Shown here: positions 20,802 through 32,300 of the stretch, piece after piece
How the letters are laid out: the number at the start of each line of letters is the position of its first letter
Numbering within the stretch: position 1 is the first letter of the stretch
Source: Trypanosoma brucei
Lineage: Eukaryota
Length of the DNA stretch: 64,000 nt
Direction: 5' to 3'
NCBI GenBank assembly: GCA_000002445.1
Contig: CH464491.1
Coordinates: 3,872,001 to 3,936,000 of the forward strand
Notes under the pieces: generated by a model
Databases searched by the model: none
Told to the model about the DNA's origin: nothing
Seen by the model: only the letters and a program-made list of their open reading frames with translations
Program-made: the position numbers and the translations under genes

Positions 20802-21713
20802 GGTGATACCGAGATGCTTTGCTTTTCTTTGACCACGTTGCAGCTGCTCCAGAAAATTTTTCCTAGTTCCCTTTTGATAATCTCACTTGTTTCACTATTA
20901 CCTTTACAACTTTCGTTTTCGCCCTCTTTGACTTCTCCCTCACAACTCTTCCGAGATCCCAGTATTCTAGTTTGATATGATACGCTGCGTTGAGTTAAAC
21001 CTTTTCGCCAAGTGCCACTGCGGAAGGTGTGACAATGCGAAGGTCAGTGGGGTGTTGGAGAAAAAATGAAAAGGAGACGAATCATTTTGTAGCACATACA
21101 CAAAATAAATAGATAACATTAACGAAGCGTAGCAATACCACAGGACAACGAAAGATCCGACATAGAAGTGCCTACGACAAAGTAAGATCAGCTATAAGTT
21201 ACAGATATATCAAATACAAAAACAAATTTACATCTCACTTCTTCTGACTGCCACCAACACACCACAACCAGTAAACGAAACTTTACGGCAACGGATGGCA
21301 ATTACAAGAAGTTTGACACTTTTTAAAACTCCCTACCAATACATCGGTCATTTACAACCATCATTTCTATCATTGAAATACGCCGCACACTCAACCTACG
21401 AAGCTTACTAATTATACGAGTAAAGAAATCGGGGGGAAAAAGTGAGTGTACCGATTGCTACATTAATGAAGTGTGTACTGCTCAGAATAAACAACAAATT
21501 TATAACCTTCCGCGCAGTTGTTAAGATGAGCCCGGAGAGCTTTAAGGCAAGCAGCACAGGTGCATGTCACTGCAAGTTGCGTTCTCTATGCTTATATCTA
21601 TTTGGATTTATGTAAAAATTTGAAGGGGTTTTTTCCAAACACACGATCATTTCCCCAACACTCAAATCAGTGTGAAAACTTGGTTGAATAGGAAGGAAAA
21701 TAAATGACCTTTC

Positions 21714-23717
21714 TCACGCAGCGGCGGCGATATTAGTAAAATGAATGACGCCACATACCACTCCATTCACCTCAGACGCACCACGACACACAACACGCTC
21801 GCTATCTTCAACCGTAACCTCGGCCACACGTAGCTCAAATCGCGGCGTCGTTCGTCGGCACCACACTTCCTGGTTCACGACCATAACACCAGATGCGGCT
21901 GCTGGATCATCAAGGGCTTCCTCATTATGCTGATGCGTTACGAAGGCAAAACGCGGCCGTGTTGAGGGAAGGAACAACAAATGGGGCATCCACTCAACGG
22001 TAGAATCCTCCTCCCCGCATTTACTAAAGTTAGTAGGGTACACCAACTGGTCATCCTCCTCCTGTTTCACTCGCTTAGCCTCTTGCTTCGTATCGCCATC
22101 ACTATCCAAAGTATTCAAGACACTCGCTGCACTAAGTAGTCGAACTGCATCCCAAGTTAGAGCAGATGTGCTGATGTCCTCCTTGGGTAAACGTCCTTCT
22201 GGGTTAGGCGGAAGAAAGTCCAAACGAAGTGCCCCAATATGTTGTAGATCATGCTTCACCGCTGGAAATTCATAAAGTGGGGCATACAAACGACTTTGGA
22301 CGAGAGCTTCCACAACGCGACGGAGGCTTCCCGACTCCGTGGGCCATCGCTCTACCATCTTCTCTCGCATGTCACCGACAACATCGTCGTTGCACACGCC
22401 AATGTGAATGCCGTTTACAGCGATGCGGCATGGGTTCGAACGCACCCAAATGCTATCGGTACTCTCCAAGCTGTACATTGTGATAGGGATAGCCGGGATT
22501 TGCGTAACGTCATCTCTGTGTGGCACCAGAACCACCTTCATTCGATCCCGAGTGCGTGGGTTTTTGCTGGAAGCATAGTACTTCTCCATAGTCTCTTCTA
22601 TGGTATCCATGTACGAAGAAAGTAGCTCGTCGAACGTAAGTTGCAGCAACTTCAGTGAGTCCTTCTCGTACTCCTCGAATTCCCTTACAAGAGGCCCACC
22701 AATGATGAGGAGATCAGCGCCTCGGTGAAGAGCGTTGAGAGTTACACTGCTTAATATGTGGCCCGTCTCGCGCCGAGGGAACGGCCCACTACAGAAATGT
22801 ATGCGCGTAGGGATCGCGAAGTGTGACAACGCCGTGGGTATAGGCCTTTCGATTCCCCATGGGAACTGGGGACGTGAGGGAAGAATAAATCGACGAACAA
22901 GCACTGCAGTTAGCGCCCCCGACGAACTGCGCTTAAACGGCTCACCAACAATACCGACAACCATACCCGAATAAAGGCCCGTGAACTGCGGCGTTAAACG
23001 TGTGTAAAGAGATAACCTCGACACGGAGTGAGGGTTGTTCCTGTGATATGATGCGCCTTCCCCGCCACTTGCATCAGTTGCGCCTCCGGTTGCACCGCCA
23101 TCGTCATCATCCTCATTCTCTATTCGAAGGAAACCGCCAGTAGGAGCGACATCTTTTGTCATGGCCCGGATCGGAGCAGCGTACGTGTCATCATCATCAA
23201 CATTCACTATGGGGAAAAACTCCCATGGGAGAAGAAGTTCTTCCTCAGTTGCTAAGGGGCTGCAGAGTTGCGTCAGAATACCTCGGGCGCGATACAACGA
23301 CCCTTCGTTCGGCTTCTGCAACGAAGGAACGTCGTCCCTTTCCTCTTGTTTAATGTCGGTAGGATTTTCTTCTTCACCTTTCAATATCACTCCCCCACCA
23401 TCCGCCTCCCACAGGTTAATTTTTGAGAGCATGTAGCGATAGTAACCTGCTAAACGACGACGCGTGGTGTTGCTACCATAGTCCTGACGGTTACAATACA
23501 TTGTGTCCCTAAAATTAACGCTGTTCCGTGCATCCACAACACCCCCGTCGTTGATTTGCGACCCGGCGGTATAGTCCCTGACGATGCGAGCAGCCGGGTG
23601 GTGAATACCTAGCAACAAATCAAGGTTAGCAGCAGCCTTCCATCGCGTTGATTGTTGCATTATCTGTAGAAAATGATTGACAGTGTGAACCGAAATGTTT
23701 TTTATTTTACTTCCCAC
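21714..23717 (-). CDS. DNA polymerase B-subunit family protein (best guess: DNA polymerase alpha subunit B)
   Basis: 667 aa. 'ADLLIIGGPLV' (cf. POLA2 'PDLLILMGPFLD'), 'VVLVPHRDDV', 'SNPCRIAVNGIHIGVCNDDVV' (cf. Pol alpha B 'NPCTLEINGVVFGLTSTDLL' and Pol epsilon B 'PNPCRVQY') and 'RRVVEALVQSRLYAPLYEFP' (cf. 'SRILKHILTQRSYYPLYPP') indicate the calcineurin-like phosphoesterase fold of replicative polymerase B-subunits. The alpha versus epsilon assignment is uncertain. Confidence 0.55.
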   Translation of the reverse strand: MGSKIKNISVHTVNHFLQIMQQSTRWKAAANLDLLLGIHHPAARIVRDYTAGSQINDGGVVDARNSVNFRDTMYCNRQDYGSNTTRRRLAGYYRYMLSKINLWEADGGGVILKGEEENPTDIKQEERDDVPSLQKPNEGSLYRARGILTQLCSPLATEEELLLPWEFFPIVNVDDDDTYAAPIRAMTKDVAPTGGFLRIENEDDDDGGATGGATDASGGEGASYHRNNPHSVSRLSLYTRLTPQFTGLYSGMVVGIVGEPFKRSSSGALTAVLVRRFILPSRPQFPWGIERPIPTALSHFAIPTRIHFCSGPFPRRETGHILSSVTLNALHRGADLLIIGGPLVREFEEYEKDSLKLLQLTFDELLSSYMDTIEETMEKYYASSKNPRTRDRMKVVLVPHRDDVTQIPAIPITMYSLESTDSIWVRSNPCRIAVNGIHIGVCNDDVVGDMREKMVERWPTESGSLRRVVEALVQSRLYAPLYEFPAVKHDLQHIGALRLDFLPPNPEGRLPKEDISTSALTWDAVRLLSAASVLNTLDSDGDTKQEAKRVKQEEDDQLVYPTNFSKCGEEDSTVEWMPHLLFLPSTRPRFAFVTHQHNEEALDDPAAASGVMVVNQEVWCRRTTPRFELRVAEVTVEDSERVVCRGASEVNGVVCGVIHFTNIAAAA

Positions 23718-24192
23718 TTGTCGCTACAGCGACCTTAAACGCCTGTTTTCTCGAAGTTCACTCTTTTCACACGCTCAGTAAAGGGGGACAACTCCCTGCC
23801 ACTTGCCAGCGGTGAAACCTAAACCTGCTGTAGAGATATTAGCGGCACTTTAACACAGTTGGGAATGTCTTAAAAGAATGGGTTAGGGTTACAAATTAAG
23901 GAGGAGAAAGGAAGTCAAAGTGGAACAATATGTGCGAAAAAAACTGAGAACCAGAAGTGTTGCAAAATGCACATGAATGCTTGTGACTTTCCGCACGGAA
24001 TATTTTTTTTGGCAAAGGTGAACAGTAAACGTGACTTTCTCTTTCTTTTTTTAGTGTTTTGATGTTGAGGTTTTACCGGAATTAGGAAATAACACTCCCC
24101 CCTCCTGTTTTTCTTTTAGATGTTATCTTTCCCTCATAACCAAGAAAACTAACAACAACAAAGAAAGTAAAATTTTTTTGTTACTTTCGCCC

Positions 24193-25167
24193 CTATGCAG
24201 ATGCCGTAAATTCTTCAATAGCCGCGTCTAATGCCGCACTTGCGGCGCTGAATGAACGACTCCACGGTCCCGATGTCGCAACCGCCTGTCGTGTATAGAG
24301 ACCCGTAGAGTCTAATCCCTTTCCAGAGTGAGCTGAAATCACCGCCAAGTTAGCTGTTGTGTCCGAGTCACCAGACTTCATGGCCAATACATCAAGAAGG
24401 GTACGCTCCGCTTCGGTATATTCCCCTAGCTGTATCTGTGCAAGCGCTGTGAGATTGCTTGCGAGAACACTCTGACCGCATGACATCGTGAGTTCCTTGA
24501 ATCGTCGCAGGGCCGTTTGATAAGCTTCTTTTGTTTTGATACCCTCGTAAAGGTTCGTTATACCAGAGCACAACACCGTTAGCATAGATTCCTCATCCGC
24601 TTGCTCCATGGCCTTTACTTCGCTCCGCGCCATCTCTGTGCGTCCCATCCTCAGCAACGCCTCCACAACGATTACGCGTAGTTCCATATGTAACCTTAAC
24701 AAACTGTTTTCCCGTGAATGTCTCTGGTCGTTCAACCACTCCTTCGACAACTTAAGAGCGCCTGCATTGTCACCTACAGCGAGGAGAGCAGCGGCGGCAA
24801 GCACAGCAATTTGTGTCCGCGCAGGATCAATCACTTCAGCGGCTTCAGTTAGTTTCTTCAGCTGCATGCAAATGACTGGATCGGATTGAATATCTCCTGA
24901 TAGATTTTTCATAGCGGAGCAGAATACTGCCCACTCACGTACCGCCACCAATATTGGGCACGTTGCAGCCTTGAGTTGTGCAACCACAGCATCACCTTGA
25001 CCTAATCCCGTCTGAGCGAGTGCAAGCAATACTTCTTTCTCAGCGTGAAACGCAGCAATATCTTCGGCCTTGCGGGCATCTGTTTTCGTTCCGCTCGCTT
25101 CAGCTACGGCCTGATGATAATTTCCGAGGGCGAGAGCATTGCGTGCATCGTAAAATGGATCCGCCAT
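24193..25167 (-). CDS. coatomer (COPI) epsilon subunit
   Basis: About 325 aa. N-terminus 'MADPFYDARNALALGNYHQAV' parallels epsilon-COP 'DELFDVKNAFYIGSYQQCI', with an all-helical TPR-like body and matching length. The start is set at the internal Met (MADPF) at 25167. Confidence 0.7.
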   Translation of the reverse strand: MADPFYDARNALALGNYHQAVAEASGTKTDARKAEDIAAFHAEKEVLLALAQTGLGQGDAVVAQLKAATCPILVAVREWAVFCSAMKNLSGDIQSDPVICMQLKKLTEAAEVIDPARTQIAVLAAAALLAVGDNAGALKLSKEWLNDQRHSRENSLLRLHMELRVIVVEALLRMGRTEMARSEVKAMEQADEESMLTVLCSGITNLYEGIKTKEAYQTALRRFKELTMSCGQSVLASNLTALAQIQLGEYTEAERTLLDVLAMKSGDSDTTANLAVISAHSGKGLDSTGLYTRQAVATSGPWSRSFSAASAALDAAIEEFTASA

Positions 25168-26105
25168 GAGCTGCGGTGCAATTCTAAACGTACACACGGT
25201 AACCACTCATTCAAGAGGGAAATAGGAAAAGAGATGTTGGCAACAGTAAAGGGGGTTCAACTCCAGATAAAATCCAAATCAGTACACGACATGCAGAAAA
25301 AAAAAGATGAAACTCAAATATCAAGCAAACGAGAAGACGTACACGCTAGTGTCCATCCACACTGCTACCTAGTGCCGAAACGGAACCACATGTGGTACGA
25401 TGGCGGCACCACGCACATAGATGGAAAGAAAAGCCCTCAAGTACAAAAAAAAAACACAAGCCCGCCAAACATTCAGCACTGCAAAGGACTGTATCACTGT
25501 TATTCTAAAATTCCTTTTGTTACCCGTCATTTCCTTCTCATTTCCTTGCGTATTGCCTCCCCCCCTAAAAAAGTCCGCGAATACATTGACCAACAAACCA
25601 CCAAATGAAGTCCCCACAAAAGGAATGTACTCACATCAAAAAAAAAAAGGCAAAAGTTCATCAAACGGGTCCTACAACTCCAGAAGCGCCACCAACGTTC
25701 TTGAGTAATCAAGTGCGTTACCTTCAATAGAGAGTGAAGAAACTGAAAGAAGAAAGGGTAAAAATAAACTGTTGACCAGCCCCAATTGATCCTGCGCCTT
25801 TCCTCACGGTGTATGTATGAGTGGCGTTGCACCACTTAGTTGAGTAGGGAGCCCTCCTCCACAAGGATTAGAAGTGATCTTATATCACCGAAGCGAAAAA
25901 GACGTCAAAAGGGAGACGCATCGCTCTTCTCGAGTCTGCTTGTGTGTCCAATGACGAAAAGAAAAAAATACACCCGGTTATGGCGGAAACACTAGGGCAG
26001 GCAATTGATAAGCACAACAGAAAAGTAACGAATAACGCGCGCATAAAAAATTAACAATGACAAATGAAAAGCCGAATATACGTGCATGCGCTTCAACGCA
26101 AATGT

Positions 26106-26124
26106 TATATATATATATATATAT
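26106..26124. repeat. (TA)n microsatellite
   Basis: 'tatatatatatatatatat', intergenic. Confidence 0.9.
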
Positions 26125-26540
26125 GACCTTCAAACAGGAATCAGGGCAGCCATAGTCTCTTCTATCCTACTACCCGTTCATTAACGTGCCCTCGTTATTG
26201 AAGTATTGTTTATAGGGCGCGGTGCGTGGAAAGATGGAAAAAAACGTCAACCCTACCGTCCAACGTCAATTGTTGGTGAGGCTAAGACATACCCACATAC
26301 GTGTGCGTGTATTTGTTTATGTTTCGGTGGGAACCTTCCATCACACAACCCTCGCAAAGGCAAATGTTTGATTTTCTCTCATCCTTTCCAAACCCCACTG
26401 CCATCACAATGTCGGTAATTGCCACTTCTACCACTGTCTGCAGCCGTTAACTCCACAGACAAATTCACAACCGGGACACCTCTACCAGTCCGATTCTTCG
26501 TTCATCAGTTAGTGCTACAAGGCGAGGCTGGCGTGAGCCA

Positions 26541-26565
26541 GTGGTGGTGGTGGTGGTGGTGGTGT
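26541..26565. repeat. trinucleotide microsatellite (TGG)n
   Basis: 'tggtggtggtggtggtggtggtggtg' in an intergenic region. Confidence 0.9.
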
Positions 26566-27033
26566 TCCCCCGTGTCGCTTCCCTCTACCGTTTAGGGGCG
26601 TCACAATTATCAAACAAACTTTGGGGGAAGGGAAGATAGGGGTAAGGAGGAGGGTGAAGAAATACTTAATGACTTGTACCGTCGCAAGTCCCCTCCCCCC
26701 TCCGCCTCCACATCTCCGTGAATAAACGTGGGCAGAATGTGGGGAGTGTAAGTCCCAATTCGGAATTACGCTACATTACCTTCATTTCACCTATCTAACG
26801 TCGTCACAGCCCTCTCCCTGACAACCAAAGAAGGACAATAACGAGAGAGCGAACAGGAAGTAGTGACATGCCAACAACGACGCCTCTATTGCTCAACAGT
26901 CTGTGTACCCTCTCTTACTCATCTGCATCAACGATACTATATGTAAGTGCATCTTTCCCATTTATATCGCATCTCCGCCGCGCCCCCTAACGCTACAGAC
27001 ATCCACAATGCATCCGCATTCTCACACTTGGTT

Positions 27034-28344
27034 TCAACTCTCCTCCCCATCTTCTGCTACTAATAGTGAGTTAGTCTCTGTAACATTACTTCCAACTCGT
27101 CTGTTTTCCTCCCGGAAATCTCTACCGCCTCCGTCAGATGCAGGGCTCAGTAGAGGTAATTGTTCAGGGGACTCTGCTACGTCAGCAGCTGGGACATTAA
27201 ATTCCTCTTCTGGAGAAACAGGAGGCGATTGCTTAAATTTAACAATGACAACAGACATGTTGTCGCATCCAACACCAAAGGGATGGGGGGAAAGGCAGTG
27301 ATCCAGCAATTCCTCGGCTATTTTGTCCAAGGGGACCTGACGCTGGATGCGGAGACGCACAAACCGCACCACTTGTTCGTTGCTCAACACATCCCATATC
27401 CCATCGCAAGCGACAACCGCGAATTCATCGCGTGTGCGGTCCAAAAGAGTGCGATGAACCTCCGGAGCACTCGTAACAGCCTGTTGATCCCACGGCACCA
27501 GAGTATTTGACTTGAAACTGAAGTCACCGATAGCCCTGCTAAGAGCCAACGCTCCATTCACACGGCGGTTCCACACATAGCCGCCAGCACGTTCAATGCG
27601 GGTCTGTTCCGTAGGAAGAAAGGGCTTGTGGTCTGTGCTGAGAGGCACCGGTTCCCCATCGCTACAGAGTACCGATCGGCTGTCCCCAGCATTGCCGCAG
27701 TAGAGATTGTCACCCTTAACAAAGAGAACAACCGCTGTACAACCACTCTTTTCATCCTTAAAATTTGAATAGATGTGCTTATCTATGGTCATAAATCCGT
27801 CGTAGATAGCCCTAGAGTAGTTTCCATTTTTATATGCCTCAGTTTGCGATATGAACCCGAATATATTGCCACCACAAAACTTCGCCACATTCGCCCCACT
27901 GTGGCCGTCAAACACACCGAAAAAGCCACCGTCACAGGTCAGGAGAGTAACATGATCATCCTCCATAGCCCGACGCCAGCCCTGCATGCAGCTAAACCCG
28001 AAGGAAACCCACGCATTCTCTCCACAATCTGAGAATTTCTGATTACTAGGATGCTGCATCAAGTCCGCACGACGTAGCATATTATTATAATTTGCCTCAT
28101 TAGCGTTGACGACCACGAGGTTCAGTGCATGTCGCAGTAAGTTAAACGAGCCGAACAAGAACAGCGCCAGGGTAATTATAACTGTGATGGGCCCCATTTT
28201 GGTCCCGACCAAATAACTAGCGACTATTGAAACAGCAAACGCCGCAAAAGCGCGAGCGATAGACGCTCTTGGCACGACGCAAGGACGTACGGGCGGCTGC
28301 CGGGGAGGCATCGCGCCTTTCATACTACTACTTAAACTAACCAC
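27034..28344 (-). CDS. PP2C-family (PPM) Ser/Thr protein phosphatase with N-terminal transmembrane anchor
   Basis: 436 aa. PP2C motifs 'RRAMEDDH', 'GFFGVFDGHSG', 'SGCTAVVLFV', 'GNAGDSRSVL', 'DEFAVVACDGIWDVLSNEQV' and 'GVGCDNMSVVIV'. An N-terminal hydrophobic segment 'AFAAFAVSIVASYLVGTKMGPITVIITLALFLFGSF' precedes the catalytic domain. Confidence 0.9.
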   Translation of the reverse strand: MVSLSSSMKGAMPPRQPPVRPCVVPRASIARAFAAFAVSIVASYLVGTKMGPITVIITLALFLFGSFNLLRHALNLVVVNANEANYNNMLRRADLMQHPSNQKFSDCGENAWVSFGFSCMQGWRRAMEDDHVTLLTCDGGFFGVFDGHSGANVAKFCGGNIFGFISQTEAYKNGNYSRAIYDGFMTIDKHIYSNFKDEKSGCTAVVLFVKGDNLYCGNAGDSRSVLCSDGEPVPLSTDHKPFLPTEQTRIERAGGYVWNRRVNGALALSRAIGDFSFKSNTLVPWDQQAVTSAPEVHRTLLDRTRDEFAVVACDGIWDVLSNEQVVRFVRLRIQRQVPLDKIAEELLDHCLSPHPFGVGCDNMSVVIVKFKQSPPVSPEEEFNVPAADVAESPEQLPLLSPASDGGGRDFREENRRVGSNVTETNSLLVAEDGEES

Positions 28345-29351
28345 CGTTTAATCCACTGATGAGTACGTACGAATTGTAAGTGAAAAGGGGGAACAGCCGG
28401 TGGGTGAGTTTTTTTATTTAAAAAATCACAACGGCGGATTGTGAGGAGTCTAAGAGACGAAAAGAAGAAGTTAACCAGTAGAGTCAATTGCATTACTTTA
28501 TTCACGTAAACCACTCACTTCGCCACTTGTTGTTGCAGCCAATTGTTCTCGTCCTGTTCGAAATTCGTTACGTTGTTCAAACCAACCTTCACGTTTTTCA
28601 AGCGCATCTACCTGCTCATTGATGCACACATCATGTACTGTATAGCATAATTCTTGAATAACGTTGCAAGGCATGACACAGCACGAAAATGACATATACA
28701 GCAAACAAAAAAAGTGGAAACTGGAGCCAATAAAGTTAACACCGCAAGGGGGGGGGAGCAATAAACATTATGAGGAAATAATGAGTAACACAACTCCTCC
28801 ACGACATTGAGCCACGTGGGCAACTGAATCACGTCACACGAGCACAAACACTCAGTGGTGAGTACATATGCTCAAGAAACCACGGACATAGAAAAGTAAG
28901 GGCCCACATATCGATCCACCCTTCAAGCCTGGTCTGCCTACTGAATAGTTGCGAAAACAGAGGATGGATTTTAAAAAAAAATGATTACAAAACGAACAAG
29001 GAAACAAACAATCATATACATAAGCGAAAATAGGCACACACGTACGAATCTAAATGTGTAGTCTCATAGGGGCTTGACGAACTAGGATACCTTATACAAA
29101 CATCAAGGTCTCCGGAAATGCAGTAATGTGAACGCGGAACCTTCTCACGACAGAGTGAAAAAAGAAAACGTACCTTCGCAAAGGATGATGCTGGATAAAA
29201 AATATGAGACCTCACTTCATGCCGAATATGTACCTGAGAAAAAGCACACACTCACAACGTTCACATTATTAAACACTGTGCGGAATAACACATAATGGTG
29301 CGAGTGGGATAGATGAGAGTCACTATCAAGCATGCCACTACATCGTCGGCG

Positions 29352-32300
29352 TCACCCTGAGCACTCATCGACATCGACAGAAACTGATGAAGCGCTATAC
29401 CTTCCGGAGGTGCGGGAAATCGTGTCTGCATCGCACGCCGACTGTGTTCTAGTATCGTCTCCATATGTTGCTAGCAACTGCCCACTGTTATTTGTATCTG
29501 CTTGTTCCCCCTCGTCATCGGCTTTTGGTGGGTCAACTGAGGTATTGCCCACGTAGCAGCAGTAGTTCTCAATGGGAAGCTGGTGAAGTTGGTGTGAGGG
29601 GCCAACCGCATGGGGTAGGGTCTCGTACACAAATGCACCAAAGCGATGCGAGCGCGTCCCCAACCCTGATTCGGACTCCTGGTAACAATCAGATGATTGC
29701 TCAGAGAACTGCCCGGCGGTGGGACATGCTTCTTCCGTTTGCTCGTCGGGCTCTTGACGGTCAACATTTTCGCAGTCCAAATAACTCCTCTCTTCGCCAG
29801 CTGATTTTCCATCAGTATTTACCATCCCTTCCCCATCAGTTCCCTTAGTTCTGTTGCTGGTGCTGTGGTACCGGCAGGCGGTCGCGTTCTCACTCCCAAG
29901 GGACACAGCAGAGAGTTGATGCAAATTGACGGCTGATGACCCCAGAGACGTGGAGAAGGAATCTACGAGATACTTCACAATGTCGGTGATGACTTGTTCG
30001 TTGTCGATCAAGGAAACTAGCGGTAAAGGGTGGCGTCGACTATCATAGACCAAGTTTTTCTGCTTCGCGGGTCGGCAAGCCTTAAGGCATTCCGCTTTGG
30101 CCAATACTTCCTCGGCTATAACGGAAACGAGTAACCTGTCGACTAAGGGAACCTCATTGACATCTACTAAGGCATTCTGCATGGTGACATCGTCAAGGGC
30201 GGTTTCCAAATCGGGAAGAAATTTCAAGAGGAGATCCGTAATGTACGTATGACCACGCTCATGGTACCATAGAAGCGCTGAAACAAACGAAAGAAGTTTA
30301 CTCCACATCGGGAAGGGTGTGTGGTGCGACCGGAACAGTGACATAAACGGGAGTACAACGAGAATCTCAAAGTATTGTTGGAAAGAGAGAACGTTGTCCT
30401 CACACAAACAGCACCTATCATCTGCCGTATCCGTGCAACTGTGAAGGGAACAAACGTCAATGTCGTCCAGTCCCGGGCCAGAAAACGATCTTCCGGGATG
30501 AACACCATTCTGCTTACTCAAATCCACACGGCTAAGAAGCATTTCAACCGAGGGAACGTTGAATACCTCCGAGCACACTCGAAACAGTTCATCCAGCACA
30601 TATTTCATCCGCAACGACAAATTCTTCAGCGAACTACCAGAACCACCCGAAAACACCACTAACGACTGCTTCCACGTCTCGCCAAACAGTCCTAGACAAT
30701 CCCAGAGGGAATACACTGGTGGGCCACCAAGGTCGGCGTTGCTCCTCACAAGGTTCGTCGTGCTGTTCTCTCTGCTTTTCGATTCTTCTACGTGCAGTGT
30801 CTTGAGGACCTCCGGACTGAACCCAGCCAAATTAAGGGACACCCAGTCACATAGGAGAACCAGCTCGGAGAAGGCCAGCAGTGCCGCACTACCACTATTA
30901 TCCTGACTGAATTCACTTAAATACTTCAGCACTACAGCGGTGTTGTGCTTATAGTTACGCCCTATGGTACTGCGCAGTTCATCGTTATCCCTCTTTTGCT
31001 TTGCCGTAAGCCTTCCCTGCTGGAGGAGCACAAGTTGCACAGCTGCGCACTCCGGTAGGACGGTTAATTGGAAGGTACCCGACGAGCAGGGAGGAGGTTT
31101 GGGTATTACGTTAAGAAATTTCAAGCATCCATGTCTGTGGAAAACCGTCAGCAAGTCACATACCGAGGACCAAGCATCAGAAGCGAACAAGAGTGCGAAA
31201 CCAGCCCAGAAACATGAAACAAGGTAACTGCTTGGGAACGAGCTATTGCTTCCAAACGGGGTCGCAATTGCCAAAACCTCAGGCTTCGTTCTGTCCATCC
31301 CCTGCTTCTGAGATTCCGAGGAATAGAGAATCTCATGGATCGTTATGTCGCGCAGCAGGCACGCCAGCGTTGTTATGACAGGAATGCACGGGACATACCT
31401 TTTGTTCGTCACTATATGCTGAGGATTAGCACCCGACTGGACGGTGCTGTTCGCCCCCACACGATCCGACAAAACTGCGAGTAGGTGACGCAACAGGTTC
31501 GCTTCTGCCAGCTGCATTGACATCTTTTCCACCCACAGATGTCGGCTGCCGCAGCCGACAAGAAGGTTCTCGGTTGAGAGGGAGAGACACGTGGAGATGC
31601 TCCGAATTACCTTCATGCAGAGAAGCGAAATATGTGAATGAACTTGGTGCCTCCGTTGCCACGCCCTGTTTTCCATCATAAAACCCTGTGTCAGCCATTT
31701 CGATGAATCATGGAGGCAACGCTGAAGAAACCGTCGTCCGAACACATTTCGACCGTGCCCTGTAATTCCCATGAAAAGCTCAGCGAAAACAATATCCACG
31801 GTGGAAGAGGGGGAATGAGCATGGTTCTCATTTAATTTTGAATCGCCAAAGACCAGCGACTCTTCCAGTAGCAACGTATCCCAACATTCCCATATCTGCT
31901 GCATTTCATTCCCTTTCTGCGCCATCATCAAATCACGATGTCTTAACCTTGTGAGAGTGAGTTCCAACCAGTACTTTGTAGAATTCGGAGCACGGTACGT
32001 CGGGTCCGTTACGGTCCCCTTCAGCAACTTCTCCAACACCTTAAAAGCAAGGTCCACAACATAAAAGCGCGAGCCTGGCTCGTCCCGCTCATCTGACCGG
32101 TGCAACACACCGGAACTGAGGTGTGCGAGCAACATACATGAAAAATGGATGTGTAAAGTAAGATAATCCCTGTGCGCGACGCGATATATATCCTTCTTCC
32201 TCTTCAAGTGGTCCCGCCGCTTCCTTTCTTCGGACTGTTTGTCATCCTTTTCAACAGTAATTGTACGCTCAGCAGCAAAAGTTGTGTGAGTACCGCCATG

